The notes below the pieces were generated by a model. It was not told the DNA's origin, searched no databases, and saw only the letters and a program-made list of their open reading frames with translations. 64,000 bases of DNA from Candidatus Woesebacteria bacterium (GTDB taxonomy: Bacteria > Patescibacteriota > Microgenomatia > UBA8517), in NCBI GenBank assembly GCA_020061305.1, contig JAGUYM010000014.1:49372-113371 (forward strand), in the 5' to 3' direction. This document shows positions 27,827-38,802 of this stretch, one piece after another. Each line of letters starts with the position of its first letter. Within the stretch, counting starts at the first letter, position 1. Position numbers and translations under genes: made by a program.

Positions 27827-28942
27827 CTACAGATTTCCCCAAATAATTAGTCTTTCAGTTTCACTTTTCCCATAAGAGATTTTTACCCAGACAATAATTG
27901 CATCTTCGCTGTAACTTCTGATCAATTCACTCACTCTATCTGCCCATTCAATTGCAATTACGCTTTTGTCACCGATTAACCTTTCAAATTTTAAACTTTT
28001 CGTTTCTTCGGAAGCTTTAAGCATTCTCCAAGTATCGATATGAATCAGTCTGTAGTCGGCAGTCTGTAGTCGGTAGTCAGACAATAAGTCATAGCTTGGA
28101 GAGGTTATTTCTTCCCTAATTCCCATCGTTTTTGCTAACCCTTTTACGAATTGTGTTTTACCAGCTCCCATTTGACCCTCTAATGCAAATATAATTGCTC
28201 TTTTGCCTGCAAATTCTTGATATTTTTGCCACAATTCTTTGGCTATGTTTTGTGTGTTTTCTTCGTTTCTACTTAAGACCTCATTTTTGTCTTTTAGTTT
28301 AAGATCCCCCTGCCTTAGGATAACAGCTTCATCGTCAAGTGTTGTGTCAATGACAGTTGATGGCTCATTTTTTGGAAGTTCACCTACATCTATTATTAAA
28401 TCTATTAATTTTTTTTGTTTGTCTGAAATATTTTTAAAAATGTCAGATATTTTATAAGGCCTTTTTTGATAACTAGCGTTAGCTGAAGTTGCGACAATGG
28501 GTCTTCCAAATTCTTTTATAAGTTTTAGTAATTTTAGGTAATCAGGTATCCTAATTCCAAGTGTTCCTGTTTCTGACTCAATTCCTTCTGCAAGTTTATG
28601 CTTGCTTTTTGATATTACCGTAAGTGGTCCTGGTAAAAATTTTTTATATAAGTCTTTAGCGGTTTTGTTTAAATAAACATAGCTTTGAGCCATTTTCTGT
28701 GAGGAACACATTATCGCATATGGTTTTCCCAATGGCCTTTGTTTGTAATTGTTCAGTTTCACTACAGCTTCTTGATTTTGACTATCGACTGCAATACCGT
28801 AAACAGTCTCACAAGGAAAAATTACGGTGCCACCCGAATTTAGAATCTTAATGATTAATTTATTATCGAAATCATTTATGGTTTTCATGGTATGGTTCAT
28901 CCTCTTTGAAGTGTTTGTATTCATGTTTGACTGATCTGACAA
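27827..28942 (-). CDS. fused TsaC/Sua5 (YrdC domain) - TsaE (YjeE P-loop) protein
   Basis: The N-terminal half is YrdC-like (FPCETVYGIAV...RPLGKPYAIM...PGPLTVI...VATSANASYQ). The C-terminal half has the TsaE Walker A LEGQMGAGKTQFVKG and SPSYDLLSDYRL...HIDTWRM. The start may be an internal Met (28900 or 28888), since the ORF otherwise overlaps dedA. Confidence 0.75.
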   Translation of the reverse strand: MSDQSNMNTNTSKRMNHTMKTINDFDNKLIIKILNSGGTVIFPCETVYGIAVDSQNQEAVVKLNNYKQRPLGKPYAIMCSSQKMAQSYVYLNKTAKDLYKKFLPGPLTVISKSKHKLAEGIESETGTLGIRIPDYLKLLKLIKEFGRPIVATSANASYQKRPYKISDIFKNISDKQKKLIDLIIDVGELPKNEPSTVIDTTLDDEAVILRQGDLKLKDKNEVLSRNEENTQNIAKELWQKYQEFAGKRAIIFALEGQMGAGKTQFVKGLAKTMGIREEITSPSYDLLSDYRLQTADYRLIHIDTWRMLKASEETKSLKFERLIGDKSVIAIEWADRVSELIRSYSEDAIIVWVKISYGKSETERLIIWGNL

Positions 28943-29510
28943 TTACAAAGATTGCCAAAAACAAAAGTCCCCAGGCAAGATATCCTAATTTACTCACAAT
29001 ATTTCTTAATATTTGCCTTTCGAATCCCGCGAAAAAGCCAATCAAAACCATTAGTGCTACCCACGTAATTGAGGCGATGAAAGCGTATAGATTAAATCTT
29101 AAAAAACTATATTTATCCACACCTGCAATGTAACTTACCCAAAATCTAGTTAAATTGGCAAGCATTGACGTGGTAAGAATTGTTGCACCATTGTTTTGAA
29201 GAAGTTTTTTGGCAAACCTAGCTGTTTTTTCCTGTTTTAATTTTCTAACCAACCACATGCCGGTCTTGCTGCCCAATTGGTAAGCAAAAATAAAGGCCAA
29301 CCATGTTCCAAGTGTTCCATAGATAATTGTCGAAATAAGGTTAATTGAGTTGCCGTCATTGGCAAGATATCCAGCAATAACCAGAACAGTTCCACCTGGA
29401 ACGGCCCAGCCGAGTGGAGTGATTTCAAAAAGACTTGCAAAAAAAACAATGGGATAGCCCCAAATATCAAAAACCAGACCAATTTTATCTAGTAGATTTA
29501 ACAAATCCAT
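28872..29510 (-). CDS. DedA/SNARE-associated family membrane protein
   Basis: Four or five TMs and the family motif VPGGTVLVIAGYLA....GTWLAFIFAYQLG. Confidence 0.8.
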   Translation of the reverse strand: MDLLNLLDKIGLVFDIWGYPIVFFASLFEITPLGWAVPGGTVLVIAGYLANDGNSINLISTIIYGTLGTWLAFIFAYQLGSKTGMWLVRKLKQEKTARFAKKLLQNNGATILTTSMLANLTRFWVSYIAGVDKYSFLRFNLYAFIASITWVALMVLIGFFAGFERQILRNIVSKLGYLAWGLLFLAIFVIVRSVKHEYKHFKEDEPYHENHK

Positions 29511-29528
29511 AATTGTTATTATAACTCA

Positions 29529-29732
29529 ATGGCTTGGATTGAGAAAGATTTTGATGGAAGTGATGTTTTAAGAAGGTGGTTTAATCAGCCTCTGTTGTCA
29601 ATCTTTCAGAAGAAGAAACCTCAAAAGGCTAAGAAGATACCAACCGATGTAATAGTAATGGTTGACAATTGGATTGATGAAGGTGAGAAACAGAGACAAG
29701 AAAGAATTAATGAAAATAAAAAAGAGGTTTAG
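29529..29732 (+). CDS. hypothetical small basic protein
   Basis: 67-aa ORF with no recognisable motif. Confidence 0.25.
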   Translation: MAWIEKDFDGSDVLRRWFNQPLLSIFQKKKPQKAKKIPTDVIVMVDNWIDEGEKQRQERINENKKEV

Positions 29733-31477
29733 TGTACTACTCCTGTGCCGCGTAGATAAACTGCTTGCCAAGGCCGATAACTTGAAACAAATTTTTGATT
29801 AATTAGTTCTTCTCCGTTTCTTTCGACTTTATAATCAAAAACAACTCTTGCTCCCCAAGCTTTATGTTCAATTTGTTTTACCGTCCCGGTAGGAAGCGTT
29901 GGATCATCAAGATACAGGTCAGGTGGTGGGGCAATTGATGATGTTACAATGGGCCTTGTAATTGTTGCTACTCTTCCATCGTTTGTTCCATATATTTCAA
30001 AAATGAGTGTTGATGCAGATTGGTTATTAATTGGTTGAATCAAAATGTGGCCAGGTGTATTGTTTTTAAATTTAAAATCGGTAGTTGGATAAAAAATTGT
30101 AGCATCAAGACCTGGTGAAAATCCTTGTTCGTAATATCCGACCCTGTATGAGTGAGCTCTTCTTTCGATAATAGGCAAACCAGCATTTAAAACTGCCCTA
30201 AAAAGTGTGGTTGAAACTTGACATACACCTCCTCCATCACCCAGAACAGTTTTCCCATCCTTTATAACATAGGCTGCTTTGTACCCGGTAAGGGCTGAAA
30301 CATCTCCCAGGACAGAATTAAACGAGAAAGTTTCATTGGGCGGAACTAAAATTCCTTTGAATTTATTACTTGCATGGTTTATGTTATATATCCTATTTGG
30401 AATTGACCCTTTATAATATGAGACACCTTTGCCTATTAATTCTCTAATTCCCAGATTGTTAACATCTGAAGTTTTTATTTTAGGGTCAAGTTTTGTAACA
30501 GGGATCTCAACTTGAATTATTTTCTGATCACTTTCAAGCAACGATAACAGTGCGTTAGAAATTGCCAAAACGAGTTTTTCCTGATCGACAACAACACCTG
30601 ATTTAGAAGGCTTAAATTCTACAATTTTTCCTTCTTCAACAATAAAAACCGAATCTTGCGGGGTTCTATTTAGTTTTTTTGAAACTTCCAAAGCTTCTTG
30701 ATTGATTAGTTCAGTTAAAAAGCCATTTGAATAAGGGTCTATGAAATCAACTAGTTTAAAATCTGCTAAATTAAGAAGTTCAAAATCGTTTAAGTTATTG
30801 CTTAATAAAAGTCTAAGTTCAATTTTTTTACCTAAAATTTTTTCCGCTCTAGATTTATAAAAACTTAACTCGTCTGGCTCAAGCTTTGTTTTTCTTTCGA
30901 GGATGTGGAGTTCAATAGGGCTATTGATTTGAAATGACAAGTTTTTACCAATGTTTTCTCTTACTTGCTTTGTATCAATTTCAGTGCCATTTTTTCCCGC
31001 AAAGACATCTAATTTCCCAGAAATTATGGTAACTGATGGTTGTATTGGTTTTTTAGCAATTTTGTTTGACAGTATGTGAAGAGATTCATTAATCTCATTC
31101 TCATTCAAACTGATTGAAAGTCCCAAATTAGTAGGTTTAAAAATCAAATTGAGTTTTGTTACGAAATCTTTAAATAGATCACCTGAGTTAGCATAAAAAT
31201 AAGCTCTCTGAATTGATTTATCAAAATCAATCTTGGTTTCAATTTCTGAAGTTAATATTTCAAAATTTTGGCCGTTTGAAGTAAGAATTATTTTTTGAGG
31301 CAATATTACTTTTTCTTTAAGAGTGCTTAATGCTTGGTCTTTTGTTTTGTCTCCGATATAAATATTTGAAACATAAATATTAGGGTAAATTTTGTTGACA
31401 AAAGGTATATAGATTAGAGCTAAGCAAAAAACGATAAAAAAGAAAATAGTTTTTAATTTCTTAACAAGCTTGATCAT
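29729..31477 (-). CDS. VanW-family protein with N-terminal membrane anchor
   Basis: VanW signature GKTVLGDGGGVCQVSTTLFRAVLNAGLPIIERRAHS. Confidence 0.8.
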   Translation of the reverse strand: MIKLVKKLKTIFFFIVFCLALIYIPFVNKIYPNIYVSNIYIGDKTKDQALSTLKEKVILPQKIILTSNGQNFEILTSEIETKIDFDKSIQRAYFYANSGDLFKDFVTKLNLIFKPTNLGLSISLNENEINESLHILSNKIAKKPIQPSVTIISGKLDVFAGKNGTEIDTKQVRENIGKNLSFQINSPIELHILERKTKLEPDELSFYKSRAEKILGKKIELRLLLSNNLNDFELLNLADFKLVDFIDPYSNGFLTELINQEALEVSKKLNRTPQDSVFIVEEGKIVEFKPSKSGVVVDQEKLVLAISNALLSLLESDQKIIQVEIPVTKLDPKIKTSDVNNLGIRELIGKGVSYYKGSIPNRIYNINHASNKFKGILVPPNETFSFNSVLGDVSALTGYKAAYVIKDGKTVLGDGGGVCQVSTTLFRAVLNAGLPIIERRAHSYRVGYYEQGFSPGLDATIFYPTTDFKFKNNTPGHILIQPINNQSASTLIFEIYGTNDGRVATITRPIVTSSIAPPPDLYLDDPTLPTGTVKQIEHKAWGARVVFDYKVERNGEELINQKFVSSYRPWQAVYLRGTGVVH

Positions 31478-31501
31478 TAAAAATATGATAACATTATTTG
31501 T

Positions 31502-32836
31502 ATGGAAAATAACTTACCACCGCCCAAAAAAGAGTTTCCAAGGAAGTTGATTTTAATAGCTGGGGGAATTCTATTGCTCATTATTTTACTAATTCTCGCA
31601 TTTACTTTATTTAGGCCAAAAGGTAGTGAACAGGCAGGAGAAATTGTTTGGTGGGGTTTGTGGGAAGACAATAGTGCAATCCAACCCTTGATCGATGAGT
31701 ATCAGGCAAAAAATCCAAAAATTAACATTAAATATGTAAGGCAATCAAAAGAAGACTATAGAGAAAGACTTACAAACTCTTTAGCAAAGGGACAAGGGCC
31801 GGACATTTTTAGATTTCATAATAGCTGGGCTTCGATGTTTACAAAAGAGCTAGATAAAATGCCCGCGAGTGTATATTCGGCCTCAGATTTTGCTCAAAAA
31901 TTTTATCCTGTAATGGTTTCTGACTTGACATATGGTGCTTCAATTGTTGGTTTACCTTTGATGTATGATGGAATTACACTCTACATAAATGAGGAAATAT
32001 TTGAAAAATCTGGTAAAAGCGTTCCATCTACATGGAACGAATTAAGGCAAATTGCAAGGGAACTTACTATTAAAGACGAGAGAAATACCATTACACAGGC
32101 GGGTGTTGCCTTAGGTAGAACTGAGAATGTTGACCACTGGCCTGAAATATTAGGGCTTATGATGCTTCAAAATGGTGTTGATTTGACTAAGCCCACAGGT
32201 AAACTCGCCGAGGATGCTTTAGAGTTTTTTACACTTTTTAGTAAAGATGATGGTGTTTGGGATACGACTTTACCTTCTTCGACTGTTGCTTTCGCTGCAG
32301 GAAAAACAGCAATGTATTTCGGTCCTAGTTGGAGGGCTTTTGAAATAAGGCAGCAAAATCCAAATTTGAAATTCAAGACTGTTCCACTTCCTCAGCTTCC
32401 CAAAACGGAAGCAAATGAAATAGATGTAACATATGCTTCATATTGGGCAGAGGGTGTTTGGACAAGAAGTACCAAAAAAGCTGCCGCCTGGGACTTTTTG
32501 AAGTTTTTGTCACAAAAAGAGTCTTTGGAGAAACTCTACAACAATTCTTCAAAACAAAGGATGTTTGGAGAAATTTATCCAATGACAGATATGGAAAGCT
32601 TATTAAGCACACACCCGATCGCAGGATCTGTTGTAAATCAGGCCAAATACGCCCAAAGTTGGTATTTGCAAAGTAGGACCTGGGATGGGCCAACTGGTAT
32701 AAACACACAAATAAATAAGTATTTTGAAGATGCAATAAATGCAGTAAATCAGGGAAAAACCCCAGATAAAGCATTAGAGCCTGTTGCCGATGGGGTTTCT
32801 CAGGTATTATCACAATATGGAATTCGCATCCGCTAG
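31502..32836 (+). CDS. ABC transporter extracellular solute-binding protein (family 1, sugar type)
   Basis: An N-terminal TM/lipobox-like anchor, then SBP_bac_1-like blocks (WWGLWEDN....IDEYQAKNPKINIKY.... GPDIF.... FGPSWRAFEI). Confidence 0.75.
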   Translation: MENNLPPPKKEFPRKLILIAGGILLLIILLILAFTLFRPKGSEQAGEIVWWGLWEDNSAIQPLIDEYQAKNPKINIKYVRQSKEDYRERLTNSLAKGQGPDIFRFHNSWASMFTKELDKMPASVYSASDFAQKFYPVMVSDLTYGASIVGLPLMYDGITLYINEEIFEKSGKSVPSTWNELRQIARELTIKDERNTITQAGVALGRTENVDHWPEILGLMMLQNGVDLTKPTGKLAEDALEFFTLFSKDDGVWDTTLPSSTVAFAAGKTAMYFGPSWRAFEIRQQNPNLKFKTVPLPQLPKTEANEIDVTYASYWAEGVWTRSTKKAAAWDFLKFLSQKESLEKLYNNSSKQRMFGEIYPMTDMESLLSTHPIAGSVVNQAKYAQSWYLQSRTWDGPTGINTQINKYFEDAINAVNQGKTPDKALEPVADGVSQVLSQYGIRIR

Positions 32837-33590
32837 TGTTTCAGTCAAGTATCATGACATTTTTGGTTATAAATTAACCAAAGAAGAAGCCATTAAATGG
32901 CAATATAAAAATCAAAAAATCACGATAATTGGAATTAAAAATAAGTTAAGACTTCAAAGAGAAAAATATTCACAAAAAAAATTAAAAATTGCAAAAAAGG
33001 CTTCAGAATTAATTTCAAAAATTCCAACAGTTTTATTTGTTGGAATAACAGGATCGTTGGCTATGATGAATGCTGACAAAAACAGTGATATTGATTTAAT
33101 GATAATTACTAAAAAAAACACCCTTTGGGTTACAAGAATAATGGTGTATTTAGTATTACGAATTATGAATTATGAATTAAGGAATCCAAATACAAAAAAG
33201 GAAAAGGATAAATTATGCATGAACCTTTGGTTAGATGAACAGGATTTAATTTGGGATAAAAGAGATAGAAATATTTATACAGCTCATGAAATTGCCCAAA
33301 TTATTCCATTGGTTAATAAAAATAATATTTATGAAAAGTTTTTGTATTTAAATAGGTGGATACTAAACTACTGGCCAAAGGCCGTGAAGATAAGAGGATA
33401 TCTGGAAAAAATGATGAGTCCTGATTCATCATTATTATCTTCATTTCTTCATATCCTCAATATAGTTTGTTTTAAATTGCAGCATCTTTACATGAAACCT
33501 AAAATGACTCGTGAAATAGTTGCTCCCACTCATGCCATCTTCCACCCTAACAATTGGGGAGAGGTTGTTATCAAGAAGTTATCTAAATAG
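32817..33590 (+). CDS. nucleotidyltransferase-domain protein
   Basis: GITGSLAMMNADKNSDIDLMII matches the GS-x9-13-DxD NTase motif. The ORF-track start at 32784 overlaps the previous gene, so MEFASAS (32817) was used. It contains an (AATTATG)x2 repeat. Confidence 0.45.
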   Translation: MEFASASVSVKYHDIFGYKLTKEEAIKWQYKNQKITIIGIKNKLRLQREKYSQKKLKIAKKASELISKIPTVLFVGITGSLAMMNADKNSDIDLMIITKKNTLWVTRIMVYLVLRIMNYELRNPNTKKEKDKLCMNLWLDEQDLIWDKRDRNIYTAHEIAQIIPLVNKNNIYEKFLYLNRWILNYWPKAVKIRGYLEKMMSPDSSLLSSFLHILNIVCFKLQHLYMKPKMTREIVAPTHAIFHPNNWGEVVIKKLSK

Positions 33591-33613
33591 CACTCGGGGA
33601 TATGTATTGCTAA
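33587..33613. promoter_or_regulatory. degenerate CIRCE-like inverted repeat upstream of groES, with a sigma70-like promoter just downstream
   Basis: TAGCACTC-N9-TATTGCTAA versus the CIRCE consensus TTAGCACTC-N9-GAGTGCTAA. TTGACA-16-TAAAAT follows at 33622-33649. Confidence 0.35.
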
Positions 33614-33660
33614 TTTGCCTCTTGACACAAATTTTTCTATGAATAAAATATTAAAGTAAT

Positions 33661-33954
33661 ATGAGTAAATTAAATTTTAAGCCAACCCCAGGATATTTGC
33701 TTATAGAACCTCTGGAAAAAGAGGTTAAAACATCTTCCGGTATTTATTTACCTGAAACAAGCGGTGAAAAGCCTCAAATGGGTAAAGTTTTAGCAGTTGG
33801 GGGAAAGACCTATGTAGATGGTCATGAAGTAGAATCTCCTGCAGAAGTTGATAACACCGTCATGTATAAAAAATGGGGAGGAAACGAATTTAAATTTGAA
33901 GGAAAAGAATATTTATTTGTTAAATTCGAGGATATTCTTGCAGTGCAAGAATAA
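33661..33954 (+). CDS. groES: co-chaperonin GroES
   Basis: 97 aa with KPTPGYLLIEPLE..SGIYLPE....GKVLAVG. Confidence 0.95.
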   Translation: MSKLNFKPTPGYLLIEPLEKEVKTSSGIYLPETSGEKPQMGKVLAVGGKTYVDGHEVESPAEVDNTVMYKKWGGNEFKFEGKEYLFVKFEDILAVQE

Positions 33955-33972
33955 ATAAAAACTAATAACTGA

Positions 33973-35606
<1,634 letters not shown>

Positions 35607-35607
<1 letters not shown>

Positions 35608-36179
35608 TGTGGCAGGAAGCCGAAAGATTTTTAAGTAAAGACAAACATATTGGACCATTAATTAAAAAATGGGGGCGTTGTACCATCAAAAAAACTCCCA
35701 AACATAAATATTTTGAAAGCCTGGTTGAAACTATTTGTTCACAACAGTTATCAATTAAAGTTGCGAGAACGATTTTTGAGAGAGTAAGAAATTTAGTTGC
35801 CAAACAACTAACACCTGACCAAGTATTAAAGATCAGCGATCAATATCTAAGAGCATGTGGTTTATCTTGGCAAAAAGTTTTGTATATTAAAGATTTGGCC
35901 AGTAAAACTGCAAGTGGCGAGTTACGGGTTACGAGTTTAGACAAAATGAGCGACGAAGAAGTAATATTAGAACTTGTTAAGGTCAAGGGAATTGGAAAGT
36001 GGTCGGCGGAAATGATTTTGATGTTTGACCTTGGAAGAACCGATATTTTACCTAAAGATGATTTAGGTATAAATAAAGCTTTAAAGAGGTTAAAAATAAA
36101 AGAAAAAGACACTGAAAAATGGAGGCCGTATAGAACCATTGCAAGTTGGTATTTGTGGAAATCACTAGAAAATTTCTAA
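35607..36179 (+). CDS. HhH-GPD superfamily DNA glycosylase (AlkA/3-methyladenine glycosylase II-like)
   Basis: The helix-hairpin-helix LVKVKGIGKWSAEMILMF is followed by ...ILPKDDLG with the catalytic Asp. The start overlaps the groEL stop (TAATG). Confidence 0.7.
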
Positions 36180-36182
36180 ATT

Positions 36183-36935
36183 TTACCAAGGTAAAACTGA
36201 CAGAGGATTTATTGGTGCTCCATGATCTCTAATCTCTAAATGTAAGTGGTCTCCGGAAGATCTCCCAGTTGCGCCCATTTCACCCAATTTCATATCAGTT
36301 GTTACATTTTGCCCCTCGGCTACATCAACTTTTGACAAATGTGCATAGAGTGACTCAAGTCCATTTCCATGATTAACAATAACATGGTTTCCGTAACCGA
36401 TCCTTGAATATTCTATTTTTTCAACTATACCATTTTTAATAGGCCTAATTACATCTCCTGTAACACCGTCCAAATCAATACCAGGATGAAAAAATCTGTA
36501 TCCTTGGCTGATAGAAATATTTTCAACAGGAAATTGTGAACCTATGGTTGTATGAATTGGTGTTTCGCTTGAAATACTTGCCATCTCACCATCCTGAACC
36601 AATGTGGTGTCCTTGATATAGTTTTGAGGAATAAAAGATGTACCCAAAATTGCAAGTGCAATATTTGCTCCAAGAAGTTTTTTAGTAGTTTTGTGCTCAA
36701 AAATATGCCTTAAGAATTTATGGTAAATATTTCCAACTCTGTATTTTAGGTTCAAAATTTTAGTTGTAGGTATAAATTTTTGTTCCAAAGGAACTCCTCG
36801 CTTTGTGAGTCTATAATGAATAGACAGGCGATACTTAGGCAGATGTATTACCAGTTTTCTCATATGCCCCTTGCTAAGCAAGGGAATATTAAGTGGACCA
36901 AAAAAAATCTCGAAACACTTTCGAGATGTGGTCAT
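36183..36935 (-). CDS. M23-family metallopeptidase
   Basis: HPGIDLDG...IEYSRIGYGNHVIVNHGNGLESLYAHL...GATGRSSGDHLHLEI (HxxxD and HxH motifs). Confidence 0.8.
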   Translation of the reverse strand: MTTSRKCFEIFFGPLNIPLLSKGHMRKLVIHLPKYRLSIHYRLTKRGVPLEQKFIPTTKILNLKYRVGNIYHKFLRHIFEHKTTKKLLGANIALAILGTSFIPQNYIKDTTLVQDGEMASISSETPIHTTIGSQFPVENISISQGYRFFHPGIDLDGVTGDVIRPIKNGIVEKIEYSRIGYGNHVIVNHGNGLESLYAHLSKVDVAEGQNVTTDMKLGEMGATGRSSGDHLHLEIRDHGAPINPLSVLPW

Positions 36936-36988
36936 TATAACACATGAAACATGAAGAAGTCAAATCTATGGGCTAAACTAGGATTTTG

Positions 36989-37060
36989 AGATCCGGGCGG
37001 GAATTGAACCCGCGAATAAGAGTTTTGCAGACTCTCGCCTTACCACTTGGCCACCGGATC
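36989..37060 (-). tRNA. tRNA-Cys (anticodon GCA)
   Basis: Hand-folded cloverleaf: acceptor GATCCGG/CCGGATC, D-arm GCC-AAGTGGTAA-GGC, anticodon stem AGAGT/ACTCT with loop CTGCAAA, T-arm GCGGG-TTCAATT-CCCGC, discriminator T. CCA is not encoded. Confidence 0.85.
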
Positions 37061-37091
37061 AGTAGGCATATTGTAACATATACCTACCTCA

Positions 37092-37466
37092 TTATTTACT
37101 TTTAATTGTAATTTTTCTTGGTCGTGCGGCCTCAGTCTTTGGAATTTCTATTTTTACAACCCCATCTTCAACAACAGCTTCAGCTTTATCCCACTGTCCA
37201 CCTGAGAGAGCAGTTGTGTAGTAGTATTGATATGAAGATGATTTGTATTCGTTCTTATTTTCCGTTTCTGTTTTGACTTCAGCTTTAATAGTTAATACAC
37301 CATCTTCGACCTCAATTTCAACATCTTTTTTGGGGACACCTGCAACCACGGCCTCTACCTTAATTGCCTTATCAGTTTCCCAAATTTTCAATCCTTTTTG
37401 TTGAGACGGCATATCGAAATCGTCAGACAAGAAACTTTTAAATGGATCGAATCTTACTAATTGCAT
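37092..37466 (-). CDS. small heat-shock protein (Hsp20/alpha-crystallin family)
   Basis: The alpha-crystallin domain (WETDKAIKVEAVVAGVPKKDVEIEVEDGVLTIKAE) follows a start at MQLVRFDPF, preceded by the SD AAAGGAGGTGAAATT. Confidence 0.85.
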   Translation of the reverse strand: MQLVRFDPFKSFLSDDFDMPSQQKGLKIWETDKAIKVEAVVAGVPKKDVEIEVEDGVLTIKAEVKTETENKNEYKSSSYQYYYTTALSGGQWDKAEAVVEDGVVKIEIPKTEAARPRKITIKSK

Positions 37467-37486
37467 AATTTCACCTCCTTTACTTT

Positions 37487-37513
37487 TTATCACTCATACC
37501 ACATGAGTGCTAA
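37487..37513. promoter_or_regulatory. CIRCE operator (HrcA site) within the hsp20 promoter
   Basis: In gene orientation it reads TTAGCACTC-ATGTGGTAT-GAGTGATAA (17/18 match to TTAGCACTC-N9-GAGTGCTAA). TTGACA-17-TATATT lies immediately upstream. Confidence 0.6.
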
Positions 37514-37539
37514 GTTTAATATAATAATTCTTTTTATGT

Positions 37540-38403
37540 TTGTCAAGACCCTTACTTTTAAGTAAACTAGACTTGATGACAATCAAAAGAAAAATAGGAA
37601 AAGCAATTATATCAATGTTTATTCTTGGTTTAATTGCTTTATTTGTTTTGTATTCACTTGGAATGTTTAAGAACAAACAAGCGGGAATTTTGGTTGATTC
37701 TGATCCGGTCAGCGAAGTATTTATAAATGGGGAACTAAAAGGAAACACGCCATACGAAGGATTTCACAAAGCAGAAGAAATAAGGCTTAAAATAAGACCG
37801 GTTGATAGCAGTTTATCGCTTGACGACTATGAAACAAAGATTGATTTGACACCTGGAGTCAGAACGATTGTTAAAAGAGTTTTTAGACTAAAAGATGAAG
37901 AGTCAAGTCATGTAATGGTTTCGTTTGAGGAAATTAAACCTAACGAAACCTCGGCCGTCGTAATATCTGTTCCAGACGGAGCAGAAGTTAAAATTGATGG
38001 AAGAATTTACGGACAAACCCCATTGAGAGTTAACATAAACCCAGGTGATCATGAGCTTTCTGTCTATTCAAGTGGGTATTTTGAAAAAAAACTTCCAATT
38101 AAAGCATATAAAGGATATAAATTGACTGCCTTTGTCAAACTATCAAAGGATGTGCCGCAAGATAGTTCTATGGAGATGATAGTAAATGAAACACTGCAAA
38201 TAACAATATTTAAGGTAAAAATAAAGGAACGAGAAACATCTGTTAGAAGTGGGGCAAACATTGGATTCCCAGAAATTTCTATTGCCAAAAAAGATGAAAT
38301 TTATGCAGTTGCAGAAGAAGGTGAGAACGGGAAATGGTATAAAATAATTCTCCCCGACGGCAAATACGGCTGGATCGAATCCTCCTCAGCCTCAAGAATT
38401 TAA
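37540..38403 (+). CDS. membrane-anchored PEGA-domain protein with C-terminal SH3b-like domain
   Basis: An N-terminal TM is followed by two PEGA-like repeats (SEVFINGELKGNTPYEG and PDGAEVKIDGRIYGQTPLRVNINPGDHELSV). The C-terminus GENGKWYKIILPDGKYGWIESS is SH3b-like. Confidence 0.55.
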   Translation: MSRPLLLSKLDLMTIKRKIGKAIISMFILGLIALFVLYSLGMFKNKQAGILVDSDPVSEVFINGELKGNTPYEGFHKAEEIRLKIRPVDSSLSLDDYETKIDLTPGVRTIVKRVFRLKDEESSHVMVSFEEIKPNETSAVVISVPDGAEVKIDGRIYGQTPLRVNINPGDHELSVYSSGYFEKKLPIKAYKGYKLTAFVKLSKDVPQDSSMEMIVNETLQITIFKVKIKERETSVRSGANIGFPEISIAKKDEIYAVAEEGENGKWYKIILPDGKYGWIESSSASRI

Positions 38404-38487
38404 AAGACACAACACTGTCACAAAGCACTTTTACGTTGTCAAAATAATGTCAAGATAAATTTCTAATTTAGAATAATAATCATCATT

Positions 38488-38802
38488 ATGAAGATTGAAG
38501 GTATCAAAGAATCGGTATTGGGTGTGTTGACTTCAGAGAGAGGGAATGATGGGGGCCATGACGGTACTCAGGTTGGCAGTGCCGCAATTGAGGGTTCGCT
38601 CATGGGCGATTTTGATCTAAATTACTTAGTAAGAATAGTTGAGAGACTACAAAATGGCGGTAATATTTATCGATTAACCACCAAGCTGGCTAAGAGTTAT
38701 TATCTAAAAGGGGCTGAAGACGCGCTTGAGGTATTGTTGAATCAAGATTCAAGAGTTGGTGCAGCCATAAGAAATGCACTTGATAATCTTGATATTAATT
38801 AA
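38488..38802 (+). CDS. hypothetical protein
   Basis: 104-aa ORF with no recognisable motif. Confidence 0.3.
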   Translation: MKIEGIKESVLGVLTSERGNDGGHDGTQVGSAAIEGSLMGDFDLNYLVRIVERLQNGGNIYRLTTKLAKSYYLKGAEDALEVLLNQDSRVGAAIRNALDNLDIN

